64,000 bases of DNA from Octopus sinensis (lineage: Eukaryota). The notes below the pieces were generated by a model. That model was not told the origin of the DNA. It made no database searches and saw only the letters and a program-made list of their open reading frames with translations. The translations under genes were made by a program, and so were the position numbers. Below, in pieces: positions 22,920-40,440 of the stretch; the first letter of the stretch is position 1, and the number at the start of each line of letters is the position of its first letter. The stretch is from assembly GCF_006345805.1 (NCBI RefSeq), contig NC_043009.1, positions 46,562,001 through 46,626,000 on the forward strand, given 5' to 3'.

Positions 22920-24383
22920 AACACAGTTACCCACTAATAAGAAGAGAATGCTAAAAGAGTACCATGTGGGACACCCAGGCATCTCTAGAATGAAAGCGTT
23001 GATGCGAAGTTTCGTGTACTGGTCGAGCATGGACAAGGAAGTTGAAAACCTACTAAAAAGTTGTAGAGGATGTGCGCTGACAGCAAAACTACCTACTATA
23101 AAGTGTGAACCTTGGCCAGAAGTGAAAATACCATGGTCTCGATTGCATATCGATTTTACAGGCCCAGTAAATGAATATTATTACTTTGGACAGCTAGGCA
23201 AAATGGTCCGAAGTCGCGAGGTGTAAAGGACCAGCCTCAGATACGGTAATAAAATTCTTACACGTGCTGTTCGCAATATTTGGTCTACCGTATATAACTG
23301 ACTCTGATAACGGAACATAGTTTGTATCCTGTGAGTTCGAAAGATTCTGCGAGATGTTCACGTTAGAACATAAAACTACAGCACCGAATCACTCTAGATC
23401 GAATGGTAGGGCCGAAAGATTCGTGGACACTTTCAAGAGAGTTTTAAAGTGAGGTGATAAAAAGCCATGGAAGAAGCTGTGATCTAACAATTCTTTAATA
23501 ACTCCAAACCCAAATTAATGTTTGCCAGAAAGGTGAAGTCAGTATTCGGTAAAATGTTACCAGTGAAGAAAAAAATACGTGCTAGTAAAGACATGCCAAA
23601 ATTTTCTAGAATCGGTAATAAGATAATATGTAAGAATGTACAAAAATGGCAAGCAATACTAGGAAGAAGGAGAATTTGTAACATACGACGCTGTAAGAAG
23701 TATAAATGGAATGGAAAGGAGACATAGAAATCAGCTTAAGGAAAGAGTCATAGAAAAGGAACCAGCAAGAGTAGAAATACTGATGGATTGTCTATATGAC
23801 ACTTTTCAGGTTCCAGTGATGTTACAAGAAGTCGAAACGACATGTACAAGGAAAAGGAAGAACACTGAATTCCTAAAAGTAGGCCCTAAAAATAAAAGAT
23901 ATTGAGTATATATATATCTCTTAGATACCCTAATTTAAAAGTTTAATAATAATTATTGACTTTGAAGGTTTTTATTCCCATGCTGGCCACTTGATAAGAT
24001 CGATATTTAAGTTAACGATCTTATATATATATATATATATGAGGAGGAGGAGGTGGGTGAATAAAAGAAATTGATTGTTAAATAAAGTAATTAAAAGGGG
24101 GGTTGTTGTATAGTAAAAATGTATACCCTCCCGGTAAAAAGTGGTAAGAGAAGCAATTATAAATAGACCAGTAGCCGGTCGCCAAGAGAGGGTTGAGAGT
24201 TGAAGAGTTAGAAGTCAACAGTTCTATTCGGGTCTTGTGGAACTATCAGCGATAGTAAGACAAACGTTAGTGTATTACTACTCCGGTATCCGATGACTAG
24301 TAACTATTGTGGCTACTAGCGTAAAACAGCAACTACAGTACAACGGAAGTCACGCATCAGTGGGAGGAATCTACTTTACAACA
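22920..24383 (+). mobile_element. Ty3/Gypsy relic 3 (integrase, PPT, 3' LTR)
   Basis: HVGHPGISRMKALMRS..CRGC..WSRLHIDFTGP; SDNGT; RSNGRAERFVDTFKR; PPT aaaagggggg at 24093-24102. Confidence 0.85.
24104..24383 (+). repeat. Putative 280-bp LTR of Gypsy relic 3
   Basis: TGTTGTA ... TACAACA 7-bp terminal inverted repeat after the PPT; tataaata inside. Confidence 0.65.
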
Positions 24384-24504
24384 CACTCTATCACCTCTCC
24401 TCTTTCGTCTACCCTTACTATCTCTTTTGAAATTGATCGATGAAGAACAATGTGGCTGGTGAGACTTGGAGTTAATTTGTACAAATACAAAGCAAAAGTT
24501 AAAC

Positions 24505-29190
<4,686 letters not shown>

Positions 29191-29202
29191 CAAACAATAA
29201 TA

Positions 29203-29262
<60 letters not shown>

Positions 29263-29264
<2 letters not shown>

Positions 29265-29686
29265 GCTACAGCAAATTTCCTGCTCAATACCACAGTTGAG
29301 CATGTTCCTTAATGGTTGACGATATGTGCATCTCTGACCACGAGCAGAAGTAGTGGACGAGCATCATAGCCATGTGTTGAGAGGAATCCTTTGCGGTTTG
29401 AATAATTCGCCTTTGGAAACATGGGTGCTTCGTTCAACATCCTAAAACAACCCTTATTCAGATACCTTTTGAGCGGGATGGACTACTCGAAATTCTAACT
29501 GGGCCCCACCTGCGATGTTTATTTTTGCTTACGATCAGCATGTCGTGCACATATGGTTGTGATGCATGCGCCTAATGTACAATTATGAGACGGGTAGTCA
29601 TAATGAGTATACTTAGTCATAATGGACTTCGTATATTTTACCACAGTATCACTTTCACGGCAAGTGCTGCTCTCTCACTCACTAAT
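29263..29686. mobile_element. Non-coding interspersed repeat flanked by (AAT)n, copy 1 (with deletions)
   Basis: Homologous to 32528-32986 from gctacagcaaat to gctctctcactc. Confidence 0.7.
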
Positions 29687-29747
29687 GATGATGATAATAA
29701 TTATAGTAATAATAATAATAATAATAATAATATAATAATAATAAGAA

Positions 29748-29780
<33 letters not shown>

Positions 29781-29789
29781 AAAGAATGT

Positions 29790-31909
29790 CAACATAACCT
29801 GAAGGAATCATGATGGATAAAGAGAATAACGCAGTCTGTTAACGTGACCAGATAACATATTAATATTCTAGAACTGAAAAAATAGAAATGAAGTACAGCG
29901 AGAGAAATATGTTGAGCTAGAGAGGAAGTATAGGGTGAAGAGAAAGGGAATCAATGTTGTGATTGAGGGATTAAAACAAAGGTTGAAAGATATAGCACAT
30001 AAACTAAAGAGATATGAACAGAAAATTGAGCGGCACAGATTAAACAGACTTTTCGAACAAAACTAGAAACGAGTCTATCAGGAACTGGATGGGAAAGAAA
30101 AAGGTGAAAAGGCCGTGCCGGATGCCTAAGAAAGTAAATGATTCTCGTTAAACATATGGTCTCAGCAGAAACAACACGAAACTGAAGCAGAGTTATTAAA
30201 GACACGCTAAGAAGAGAGTATCAGTAGGAGGATTTGAGAATAACTGAGGAGGTGGTTAGAGATCAGTGCAGGAAAATTCCTAACTGGAAAGTTCCTGGCC
30301 CAGATGGGGTTCAGGACTTTTGGCTTAACAACTTGACAGCTATGCACAGGAGAATTGAGAGACACATGGACGAAATACTGAGTAGTGACATCCAAATACG
30401 GGCCTGGATGACAAAAGGATGTACGGCACGATGCCAGAAGGACCCAAGTAAAGGAAATGTGGTTGAACATTTTCGACCAATATCTTGTTTGCCACTAATG
30501 TGGAAACTGATGAAAGGCATCATATCAAACAGTATCTATAAGTACCTAATGAGAACGACCTACTACCAGTGGAACAAAAAGGGTGTAGACGTAAGTGCAG
30601 GACAACGAAGGATCAATTACTAATTGATAGTTCTATCCTGGCTGCTTGCAAGAAGAGACGCAAAAATTTGGCGATGTCATGGGTGGACTACAGGAAATCA
30701 TATGACATGGTCCCACACTCGTGGATTATTGAATGCCTTAAACTGCTTAAGGTCTCCCACAATATCCTGAAGTTAATACAAAACTCAATGACAACGTGGC
30801 GAACTGAACTCACAGGATGGGGAGATAAGTTGGCAGAAGTAAATATCAAAAGAGGAATCTTTCAAGGGACAGTGTCGCTTCTCCTATTTTTTGTCTGCAT
30901 ACTGCCAATAACGAGCGTTCTAAGAATGATGCGTGTGGGGTACATGCTATACAGAATGAAAGTAAACAATCTGTGGTTTATGGATGACCGAAAGCTATTC
31001 TCTAAGACTGAGAAAGAAAATGAGAGTTTGACGGCAACTGTGCAGATGATTAGCAAATATATTGGCATGGAATTTGGGGTCGAGAAATGTGGTGGAATGA
31101 TTCTCGAAAGGGAGGAAATCAGTAAAAGCCATGGGATCATGCTGGAAAGTGGTGAAACTATAGAGGAAGAAGGATATAAGTACCTAAGTATCATTGAAAG
31201 AGATAAGATGAATGAACACAAGATGAAAAAAAAAGCACAGACTCTCCACAGTGTAGGATGTGCTCTGAGAAAGTATAAGCCATATTGTTAGTGAGTGCTG
31301 TTAGCTCACACAACGCGAATACAAAAGGAGACACGACAATGTTGCCGGATACGTCCACTGGCTGTTGTGCGGTAAAGTAAACCTTGACAGTGCCGAACAA
31401 TGGCGTGAACACAAGCCAGAGGGAGTAATAGAAGACGAACATTACAAAATACTCTGAGATTTTAACATGCACTGCAACCAAGACAGAGGTGAGACGACTA
31501 GATATCGTGCTCACCCATAAAGATGAAAGAGAAGTAAAAATGATAGAAGTTGCAATACCAGTAGATTCGAGGGTGAAATGTAAGGAAATAAAAGATTGAA
31601 AAATAACAGCCACTGCGGGACGAGATAGGAAAGTTATGGGACATGAGGAAACTAATGGTGATACCGTTGGTAACTGGAGCATTAGGAGCAGTTTCCAAGG
31701 GCTTTGGAAAACAAATTAGGAATATTGGAGCTGCTGTCGGCCTCAAGGTGACCCAGAAGACAGCATTGTTGTGTACAGCTGGCGTTCTAAGAAGAGTATT
31801 GTCTCTTTGAGTCACAGGAGAAAGCACTACTTGAAACCTCTGATGATTTGTTGTACCCTGCTTTCAAGTAAAGAATAACCGGTAATTAAGTACTATCCGA
31901 GAGTCTTTC

Positions 31910-31911
<2 letters not shown>
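29790..31911 (+). mobile_element. Second R4/Dong-like RLE LINE family, degraded
   Basis: [48 protein letters not shown]; decayed RLE C-terminus; followed by (AAT)n. Confidence 0.85.
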
Positions 31912-31960
<49 letters not shown>

Positions 31961-31980
31961 TAATAATGATGATGATGATG

Positions 31981-32404
<424 letters not shown>

Positions 32405-32421
32405 AATGATGATGATGGATA

Positions 32422-32474
<53 letters not shown>

Positions 32475-32527
32475 TAATCTATAATAATAATATAATAATA
32501 ATAATAATATAATAATAATAATAATAT

Positions 32528-32985
32528 GGGCTACAGCAAATATTCTGCTCAATACCACAGATTTGCTTGTCAGTTGTTTGACCTTAACCAGTTGAGCATG
32601 TCCCTTAGTGGCTGACAATAAGTGCATCTCTGATCACGAGCTGAAGTAGTGGGTGAGCATCATAGCCATGTGTTGAGAGGGATTCTTTGAGATTTGAATA
32701 ATTCACCTCTGGAAACATGGGTGGTTTTTTCAACATCCTTAAACAACCCTTATTCAGGGAACTTTTGAGCGGGATGGGCTACTCAACCTGAAGAAAATTC
32801 TAACTGAGCCCCATCTGCAAGGTCATGTGCTGTTTATCTTGATATGAGATCACCATGTCGCGCACATATGGTTGTGATGCATGTGCCTGGCGTACCCTTA
32901 TCAGACGGGTAGTCATGATGGGTATATTGGGCTTCGTATATTTTACCCCAGTGTCACTTTGATGGCATGAACTGCTCTCTCACTC

Positions 32986-32986
<1 letters not shown>
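32528..32986. mobile_element. Non-coding approx. 460-bp interspersed repeat flanked by (AAT)n, copy 2
   Basis: Second copy of the 29263 repeat; no ORF; orientation not determined. Confidence 0.7.
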
Positions 32987-33029
<43 letters not shown>

Positions 33030-33031
<2 letters not shown>

Positions 33032-33880
33032 TCTTTTTATTGGCCACAAGGGCTGACACACATGATTAGAAAACATAAAGGGACAAAACAGGACGAAAGG
33101 TTACAAAGGGTTTTGTCCGTTTGTGAAAAAAAAATCGTGTAAAAACAGTGTAACAATCAAATAATATAACAACGAAAAACTCCCAATAGGGGGAGGCGTT
33201 ACGAAAGGTTCCTGGTGGAAAAAACCCATAAAAGCCAACGGGAGCCTGGTCAAAAGGAGGGTAGAGAGCCCCTTTCTCCTTTTATAATACCTTTTTCAAT
33301 TACAGGCGAAACCTCAGAATTGGTCCATTTATGTTGGCCATTCTAGCACAATTCACCCACCTTTCAGAAAACTTGCTATCAGACAGCACTCTCCTCTCTA
33401 ACCTCATTTTCCTTTTCAAGTGAAACTTAAAAAAGTTGATGAGGCCTTGACCAAAGAGGAAAGTGTCTGACTTTAGCCCTTTCAAACGGGTCCACCATAC
33501 AACCTCTTTCGCCACAACCACTAAGCACAGGAAAACGGCCTTGCCCTCCTTGTTAAAGGAGGTCGGCGGGGCAATCCTCACTATGGATTCAGCTGATAGC
33601 CGGATCCATCCTATACGTGACAGTAGCTGTTCGACATAAACCCATAGTTCAGCAATACTCGGACACTGGACGAGTGTGTGCAGAACGGTTTCGTCGTCCT
33701 GGCAACACCTCGGGCAGGCCCGGCTGACGGCACTTCCGTGCCGGTAGAGTTTATCCCGAACAGGCAGAGCCCCTCGGTAGCACTGCCAGGCGAGCAACCT
33801 CTGGAAATTATTCATTGGCCCCGGCCCGAATATTTCGCATCCACAAAGCCAAAGCCTTGTGGACAGCTCGTCAGACCCTA
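33030..33880 (-). mobile_element. Tx1/L1-clade LINE 3' fragment within (AAT)n/(GAT)n
   Basis: FGPGPMNNFQRLLAWQCYRGALPVRDKL..ACPRCCQDDETVLHTLVQCP..; same family as 59851; ends AGCCCTTGTGGCCAATAAAAAGAA. Confidence 0.9.
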
Positions 33881-33885
33881 TAATA

Positions 33886-33926
<41 letters not shown>

Positions 33927-33930
33927 AATG

Positions 33931-33983
<53 letters not shown>

Positions 33984-34197
33984 CATTTCTGCTATAGGCA
34001 CAAGGCCTGAAATTTGGGGGAGCGGACTAGTCGATGACATCAACCCCAGTGTTCCACTGGTACTTAATTTATCGATCCCGAAAGGATGAAAAGTAAAATC
34101 CACCTCGACGGAATTTGACTTCAGAACATAAAGACGGACGAAATGCCGGTAAGCTTTTTTGCCCACCGTGTTAACGATTCTGCCTGCTCACCAACTT
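33984..34197 (-). mobile_element. SINE family 1, tail B, followed by (ATT)n
   Basis: Head, body and tail ccccaaatttcaggccttgtgcctatagcagaaatg are all present. Confidence 0.8.
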
Positions 34198-34211
34198 ATA
34201 TAACAACGCTT

Positions 34212-34269
<58 letters not shown>

Positions 34270-34272
<3 letters not shown>

Positions 34273-34640
34273 AGAAAAAATGCTTTCTAATTGATGTATC
34301 AATACCGGCAGATGACAATGTGTCTCTAAAAGAAATAGAGAAACTTTCAAAATGCAAAGACCTAGAAATAGAGGTAACCAGAATGTGGAATCTAAAAACA
34401 GAAACAATTCCTATCATAGTAGGTGCATTAGGCATGATAAAAAAATATTCAGACAAATACATAACAAAAACACCAGGACTTACAAACACATATAACATAC
34501 ACAAAATTGCACTACTGGGCACTGCACACTTCCTACGCAGAACACTTTCCATACAATAACCATCAGAGCATCACAACAAATCACAGCACACAGAGCTGCG
34601 TTCGGTAGTGAAGTGAAAGCACGCTATAAAAATAAAACTA

Positions 34641-34644
<4 letters not shown>
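34270..34644 (+). mobile_element. 3' end of the same Dong-like family as 24564-27842
   Basis: Near-identical to 27460-27842 (CFLIDVSIPADDNVSLKE..RRTLSIQ* plus 3' UTR); (AAT)n on both sides. Confidence 0.9.
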
Positions 34645-34680
<36 letters not shown>

Positions 34681-34709
34681 TATAATAATAATAATAATAA
34701 TAATAATTA

Positions 34710-34830
34710 TATGAGAATGATCCCTGGCTTACCATCCCTGCAAGAAGTGCAAAAGATTGTCTTAACTGGTACATCACACGTATTGAGAAGAGCATTGTCG
34801 ATGTGAGAACTGTTGCTGCTCATGTATTTT
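34710..34830 (+). mobile_element. Extreme 3' fragment of a further RLE LINE
   Basis: MIPGLPSLQEVQKIVLTGTSHVLRRALSM* resembles the RLE LINE C-terminus (compare IQKIALLGTAHI.RRTLSIQ). Confidence 0.55.
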
Positions 34831-34959
34831 AATTTAACTTTAAAAAAAATTTAAAAAAATGAACGAACTACTGAGTTTGGTTTAATGGCCTACCAATATA
34901 TACTATGAGTTTCTTTGCCCTAGGAGTTGGGAAGACACTCGGCAAGAAATGGAAGCAAA

Positions 34960-35004
34960 TTTGAAAGAAGAAAAAAAAAAGTAATAACAATAATAATAAT
35001 AATA

Positions 35005-35078
<74 letters not shown>

Positions 35079-35203
35079 AAGAAGAAGAAGAAGAAGAAGA
35101 AGCAGAAGAAGAAGAAGAAGAAGAAGAAGAAGAAGAGAAGAAGAAGAAGAAGCAGAAGAAGAAGAAGAAGAAGAAGAAGAAGAAGAAGAAGAAGAAGAAG
35201 AAA
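34960..35203. repeat. Compound (AAT)n-(GAT)n-(GAA)n microsatellite
   Basis: Directly visible. Confidence 0.95.
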
Positions 35204-35680
35204 GGTTATAGGAATGCTTATGACATGGTTGCACACTCATGGATAATTCAATGCTTGAGAATATTCAATATTGCAACATAAGAGAATTAGTTTTAGCTTG
35301 AAGAAATGGAAAGTAGATCTCTACTCGGGTGAAACAGAATTAGGGGAATGATAATATCAAGGGGATAATTTTTCAAGGAGACGCGTTTTTCCATTTTAAT
35401 ATTTGTCTTCTGTTTAGTCCCCTTCAGTTCAGGAATTAAGGGAGGCAAAGTCAGGGTAAGAGTTCAGAAATGGTAAAGGAAATATTAATCACTACAGGGA
35501 TGATCTGAAATTTTTAGTAAGACTCTTCAGTAAAGATATAGGCATGGAATTTGGCATAGATAAATGTGCAATATTAGTCATGAAAAAATCATGAAAAAGC
35601 GACAGGTAGTCCACAGTGAAGGCATCCAATCACCAGGTGGCCAGGCATTAAAATCATTGAAAGAAAGAGACAATTACTAG
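35203..35680 (+). mobile_element. Decayed R4-like RT fragment
   Basis: YRNAYDMVAHSWIIQCL..IFQGDA..DDLK..DIGMEFGIDKCA, with stops and shifts. Confidence 0.7.
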
Positions 35681-36124
35681 GCAGAACATAGAGGCACTTT
35701 CTATGGATTATGTACACTAACTATGAAATCATATGATTTGCGGTTGAATCTCTTTTAAGAGAAGACTTCCGAGTTGCATTCCCTCGCTGCCGGTACACTG
35801 TATATTTATTAAGGTAGTTTTGACTTTAAGAGTCTCTTATAGCGTGAGGCATTTACGTGTAGTAATGCCCTTAATATAATAAATGTATTTAAAAGGGAAT
35901 AAATTAATTATATATTTTGCATAAAATTTCTCCTTAACTGGTTTTTCACACTGACTACTTGATAAATTCTTATACAGATTTTATCCTTATATTTCATTTT
36001 CTATATACTTATATATATTACAACAAATTTTACATCTTGCACAAAGAGTTACCAAGGTTTCGCATCCACAAAGTCAAAGCCTTGTGGACAGCTCGTCATA
36101 CCCTGTATCAAAAAGACAAAAAGT

Positions 36125-36310
36125 TAAAATCTCTATATAACTGGACCACGGCTTTTAGTCGAACAAATTAAACCCATGATTTATTGTTTGTGAGCCTAGT
36201 ACTTATTCTGTCGGTATCTTTTGCCGAACCGCTAAGTTATAGGGACATAAACGCACCGGCATCGGTTGTCAACCGATGATGAGGGGGGTGTCAAACACAG
36301 ACACACAAAT
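36125..36310 (-). mobile_element. 3' part of SINE family 2
   Basis: agtacttattct.tcggt..ttttgccgaaccgctaag..gggacataaac matches 51130-51240. Confidence 0.7.
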
Positions 36311-36324
36311 ACATACAGATGCCG

Positions 36325-36445
36325 GAACACCGACAAAAGCATAACAGTCACAATTGAGGCCAATGAAAGAAATTTGGGTAATTTAAGAATTAAGGAAGCT
36401 ATACACAGATATGGGCCCCAGAATTAATAACAGGCTGGAGGCTGG
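36325..36445 (+). pseudogene. Possible Penelope GIY-YIG C-terminal fragment
   Basis: ITVTIEANERNLGNLRIKEAIH resembles the conserved R..KEA.HI end of PLE endonucleases; a hammerhead lies about 300 bp downstream. Confidence 0.4.
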
Positions 36446-36758
36446 TAATCAATATACTATCTAGCTACATATGGATGCGAGTAGGTTCATTTTTGATAAC
36501 ATGCTCGTGTATTGCTTATAACAACAAAAGAAAAGAGAGAGAAAAGAAGGAAAAACAGGAAGCTGCACGTTTAACACATAATTTAGAAGCAGCACTACAG
36601 ATGTGCCAGCACATGCGAGATTGAGACATGGCCGACCTTCTCATGAGAAATTCCGGAAGGAGCTTCGTGAGACCACTGCTGAAACGCTTACGAAAAAAAA
36701 AAACAACAGAAAAGCCGTTGGAAAACCGATTATAGCAGCGACTACATCAATTCCTAGG

Positions 36759-36798
36759 GATATCTGAAGAAGGAATTTTTATTCCGAAATATCATATC
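36759..36798 (+). ncRNA. Minimal type I hammerhead ribozyme motif (intact)
   Basis: GATAT-CTGAAGA-A-GGAAT(TTTT)ATTCC-GAAA-T-ATC-ATATC: stem I 5 bp, stem II 5 bp, palindromic AU/AU stem III; predicted cleavage after C36793. Confidence 0.72.
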
Positions 36799-37000
36799 AG
36801 ATTATGGAGGATTAAATCACAACAGTTATATGTTTAATATGAGTACAGGACGTCACCAACTGTTAACAACATGAAATACGGAAACAGGCGAATAAAAAAC
36901 GAAAACGAGAGAAAAAATTGAAAACATGGCAGGTAACACAAAGAACGACCCTTCATCAGTTGTCGGCTGCCAATCTATTCCTCATTTCGAGCATTACATA

Positions 37001-37063
<63 letters not shown>

Positions 37064-37087
37064 TATACATACGCACACACATATATT

Positions 37088-37143
<56 letters not shown>

Positions 37144-37189
37144 TATATATATATACATGCATATATATATATATTATATTTGTAGATAT

Positions 37190-37222
<33 letters not shown>

Positions 37223-37652
37223 CGCAACAATCCACTCACTTAGAAATGTATACTTAAATGTTACGCAAACAGCTATACATAAATATACATTTAGCCCTCA
37301 TGTACATATTTCCGAGTAAAATTGTAGGTGGTTGTTGATAACTATGTGCATGCCAATTTTTTTTATATGCATATGTGATTCTGCGTACATATAAATACCA
37401 CACATGCGCAACAGAATGCACCACTTGTAGAAGCGATTAATAGCACATTCACTTGTAACTGTGCAGCAATGTTTACGTAGGTCAAAGTGAACATGCAGAC
37501 AAACAGTTTTTAATACTAAATTATTTAACTAACCTTAACCTATTTTCTAACGTTACCAATGTTTAGCATTAAATTTCTGGTGCACAATTTGTTTATCATT
37601 GGCAGCTATTCAGAATCCGGCAATTTTGGCCTTGGCATGTTCTGGGCTCACA

Positions 37653-37653
37653 A

Positions 37654-37695
<42 letters not shown>

Positions 37696-37771
37696 TCTAT
37701 CTATCTATCTATCTATCTATATCTATCTATCTATCTATCTATCTATATATCTATCTATCTATCTATCTATA

Positions 37772-37808
<37 letters not shown>

Positions 37809-37810
37809 GA
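37653..37810. repeat. (TATC)n microsatellite
   Basis: Directly visible; source of the poly-(YLSI) ORFs. Confidence 0.95.
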
Positions 37811-37978
37811 GTATCTATTTATATTTAATCTCTCTCTCTCTTTCCTTCTCTCTCTCTCTCTGTCTCTCTCTCTCTCTCTCTCCATATATATATATATATC
37901 ACTTAAGCTGGTGTAGGGCTCAATATAATGTTTTGGAGCACAGTGTTAGATCACTATAGAGATGTAATAATAACAATG

Positions 37979-38012
<34 letters not shown>

Positions 38013-38036
38013 TAACAACAATAATATGTGTGTGTG

Positions 38037-38071
<35 letters not shown>

Positions 38072-38606
38072 TGTGTGTGTGTGTGTGTAAAAATATCGAG
38101 TATATTTGTGTATTACGAGTATATAATATAAAGTGAACGAATATGTTTGTAGCAGAGTCTAACATTTAATTTTATATGCGAATAGGTTGACATTGACTCC
38201 GAATATTCACCGGTTATTGACTTCGCCAGCCAGCTATTTGATTGGTTAACCTGTTTATTCTCCTGGGTAGAGCCATTTCAAATTCTGAATGTGCGTTTCA
38301 GAGTCGAAAGTTGATGCCTATTTTTAGTATTACCACATATGTGTCTGCGTGCTCAGCGTTCATTTGTGTGTGAGTGGATTTTTGTGTTTGTATATGTGTG
38401 TGTTTGTGCGTGCGTGCGTGTTTGTATGTTTGTGCGTATCTGTGTGTGTGAGTGTGTTTGTGCGTGTGTGTAATTCTTAACGAAATATCCCGTTCACACT
38501 TGAAGCTACCAAATCATTTTCCTACCATTCCCAGAAGGGGAGATAATTTCACTAAAACATATATCTATTTGGTATGGTATTTGATATCTACTTCAACTGA
38601 CAGCAG

Positions 38607-38717
38607 AGCGGGAGAAATGTTCAGTTCAGGAAACCAAGCAGCTGGGATGAAGGACTTTATGGTCACTTTTCAGTCCATAATTCTGTTGAACAAATATTTG
38701 AAGATTTCGATAAAGGT
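38607..38717 (+). other. Candidate internal exon of an unidentified gene (111 nt, phase 0-0)
   Basis: Acceptor ..gacagcag, open frame SGRNVQFRKPSSWDEGLYGHFSVHNSVEQIFEDFDKG, donor GTAAGT at 38718. No protein family recognised. Confidence 0.25.
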
Positions 38718-39004
38718 GTAAGTGAGGAATATGTCTTGAGTATTGTTATTGGTGATATGCAAACATGTGCCAGTCTAAACATAGGTGCTAGTATAGTATG
38801 CGGTCTACTACGGTGTCAAATAGGGTTATCTACCTTATCTTTCATATATTTCAGAGATAAAACACTTCAGATATTTCAGAGATCATTTTTTCAGAATCAT
38901 AATTTTAGCATCTAACCATGATGACTCATTGGCTCCGGTCACTGGATCTACATAATTTCGTTGATGGTTAACTGTCAAATGATGATAACCTACGGCTTTT
39001 AAAT

Positions 39005-39285
39005 TATTATAAGCAGGCCACACATCTGAAGGAATTAGTGAACCTTTTCCCTAATTCCCTTTCAATAATTGGGATCAGACTGTTCTCGTCACGTCGTTCC
39101 ACATAAAAGTGTCGACAGTCTGAGCCTTGTTCGAGACCAAAAAACCCGCGGCCCATCAATTCTGCGTCCATGGTTCCTGTTGTTTCGTTGTTCTGCATCA
39201 CTGCCTTCGAAGAGAAGAGCGTTGTCGCCATTCAGAATTCTTCCTCGATTGTATTTTTGTCGACCAGCAAATCTTGCTTCGTCGA
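39005..39285 (-). mobile_element. Merlin (IS1595/ISXO2-like) DDE transposase fragment
   Basis: IDE.RFAGRQKYNRGRILNG..FFGLEQGSDCRHFYVERRDENSLIPIIERE, with frameshifts. Confidence 0.75.
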
Positions 39286-39440
39286 TTCAAATTCCGCTGA
39301 GGTCGACTTTGCCTTTCATCCTTTCGGGGTCGATAAATTAAGTACCAGTTACGCACTGGGGTCGATGTAATCGACTTAATCCGTTTGTCTCTCCTTGTTT
39401 GTCCTCTCTATGTTTAGCCCCTTGTGGGTAGTAAAGAAAT
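39285..39440 (+). mobile_element. 5'-truncated SINE family 1 copy, tail A
   Basis: ttcaaattccgctgaggtcgactttgcctttcatcc..tgtttagccccttgtgggtagtaaagaaat. Confidence 0.85.
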
Positions 39441-39589
39441 ATATACTGTTCGACAACGCGGTAGACCGTATACTATACTAGCACCTAAACATATCCTTCC
39501 ACGATATCTATAACTTCATACGACACATCATAATGAAGATATACAAGAAGACTGAATGGCCATCTATCGGAACCATTCAGCATCATGCA

Positions 39590-40440
39590 CTCGGTCTATC
39601 AGTGTTCCCCTATCATGTCTCTTCTATTTGAATTGACTCTTGAGCAACTACTGTTGAAACTGGAAACGTTGAGAAGCATCCCACACGAACTAGAATGCTG
39701 AAGATCTATATTAGCATATGCGGACGAAGTTACCGTCATCGTCTCGGATACGAGGTATATTGAGGTGATCAGTACCCATCTAGATGAGCATGAGGCGGTA
39801 AGATGAAACAAAAATTAACCAGTATTAATCAGTGTTACAGTAACTTGGCACCCAAAGAGGCAGGCTCATGTTATCGTGCTGCCTGGCATGGCAGCTGGAT
39901 TGTGATCTGATGGAGCTCCCTGGCTCCTCAACGATCTTAATGTTGAGTTTGGTATCCTTCAGAACCTTCCTAAGTCAACCGGCTATTTCCGCATGAGGTG
40001 TGGCTTCTACAAACATCACTCCTTGGTATTTATGAGCTTTGCACCATGTGTTCACTGTTTGCTTTCAAACGGTAATCCCATCGAATATTTTTTGGTAATT
40101 CGGGACTAAGAACACATGTCTTAGCTCTAACAACGCAACCTTTGTGTTTCACGTTTAAGAATTGAGCGACGACCACACTCCTGGGAAAACAACGCATCCG
40201 AATCTCGCTTCTCCTCAGTTCAAAGATTTAAGTAGAGTCGACTCCGACATAAGGACCAACTTCGTGCAAGCATGAAGGCATGCTAGCGAAACGCTGCCCT
40301 GCTAAATGGAAACCTTACTTGTCATTGTGGTTTTCTGGTACGGAGTCGGCCACTCAAGAAAATATGTAGTAAATAATCCACACAGGAGCAAACTGTATCC
40401 TTAACTTGTTGCACTTATGAAAATGTTTGCAAGGCTACAG
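39590..40440 (+). mobile_element. Highly decayed Tx1/L1 RT region
   Basis: CSPIMSLLFELTLEQLLLKLETLRSIPHEL..LAYADEVTVIVS parallels GCPLSSLLYVLTLEPLLRKLATLRGIPREL..SAYADDVTVIVS of the 59851 element. Confidence 0.75.

Noticed and set aside
32570-32690. Twister or HDV-like ribozyme in the 460-bp repeat (TAA..GTCCC..GAGGG)
   Set aside because: The required P1, P2 and P3 helices could not be paired.
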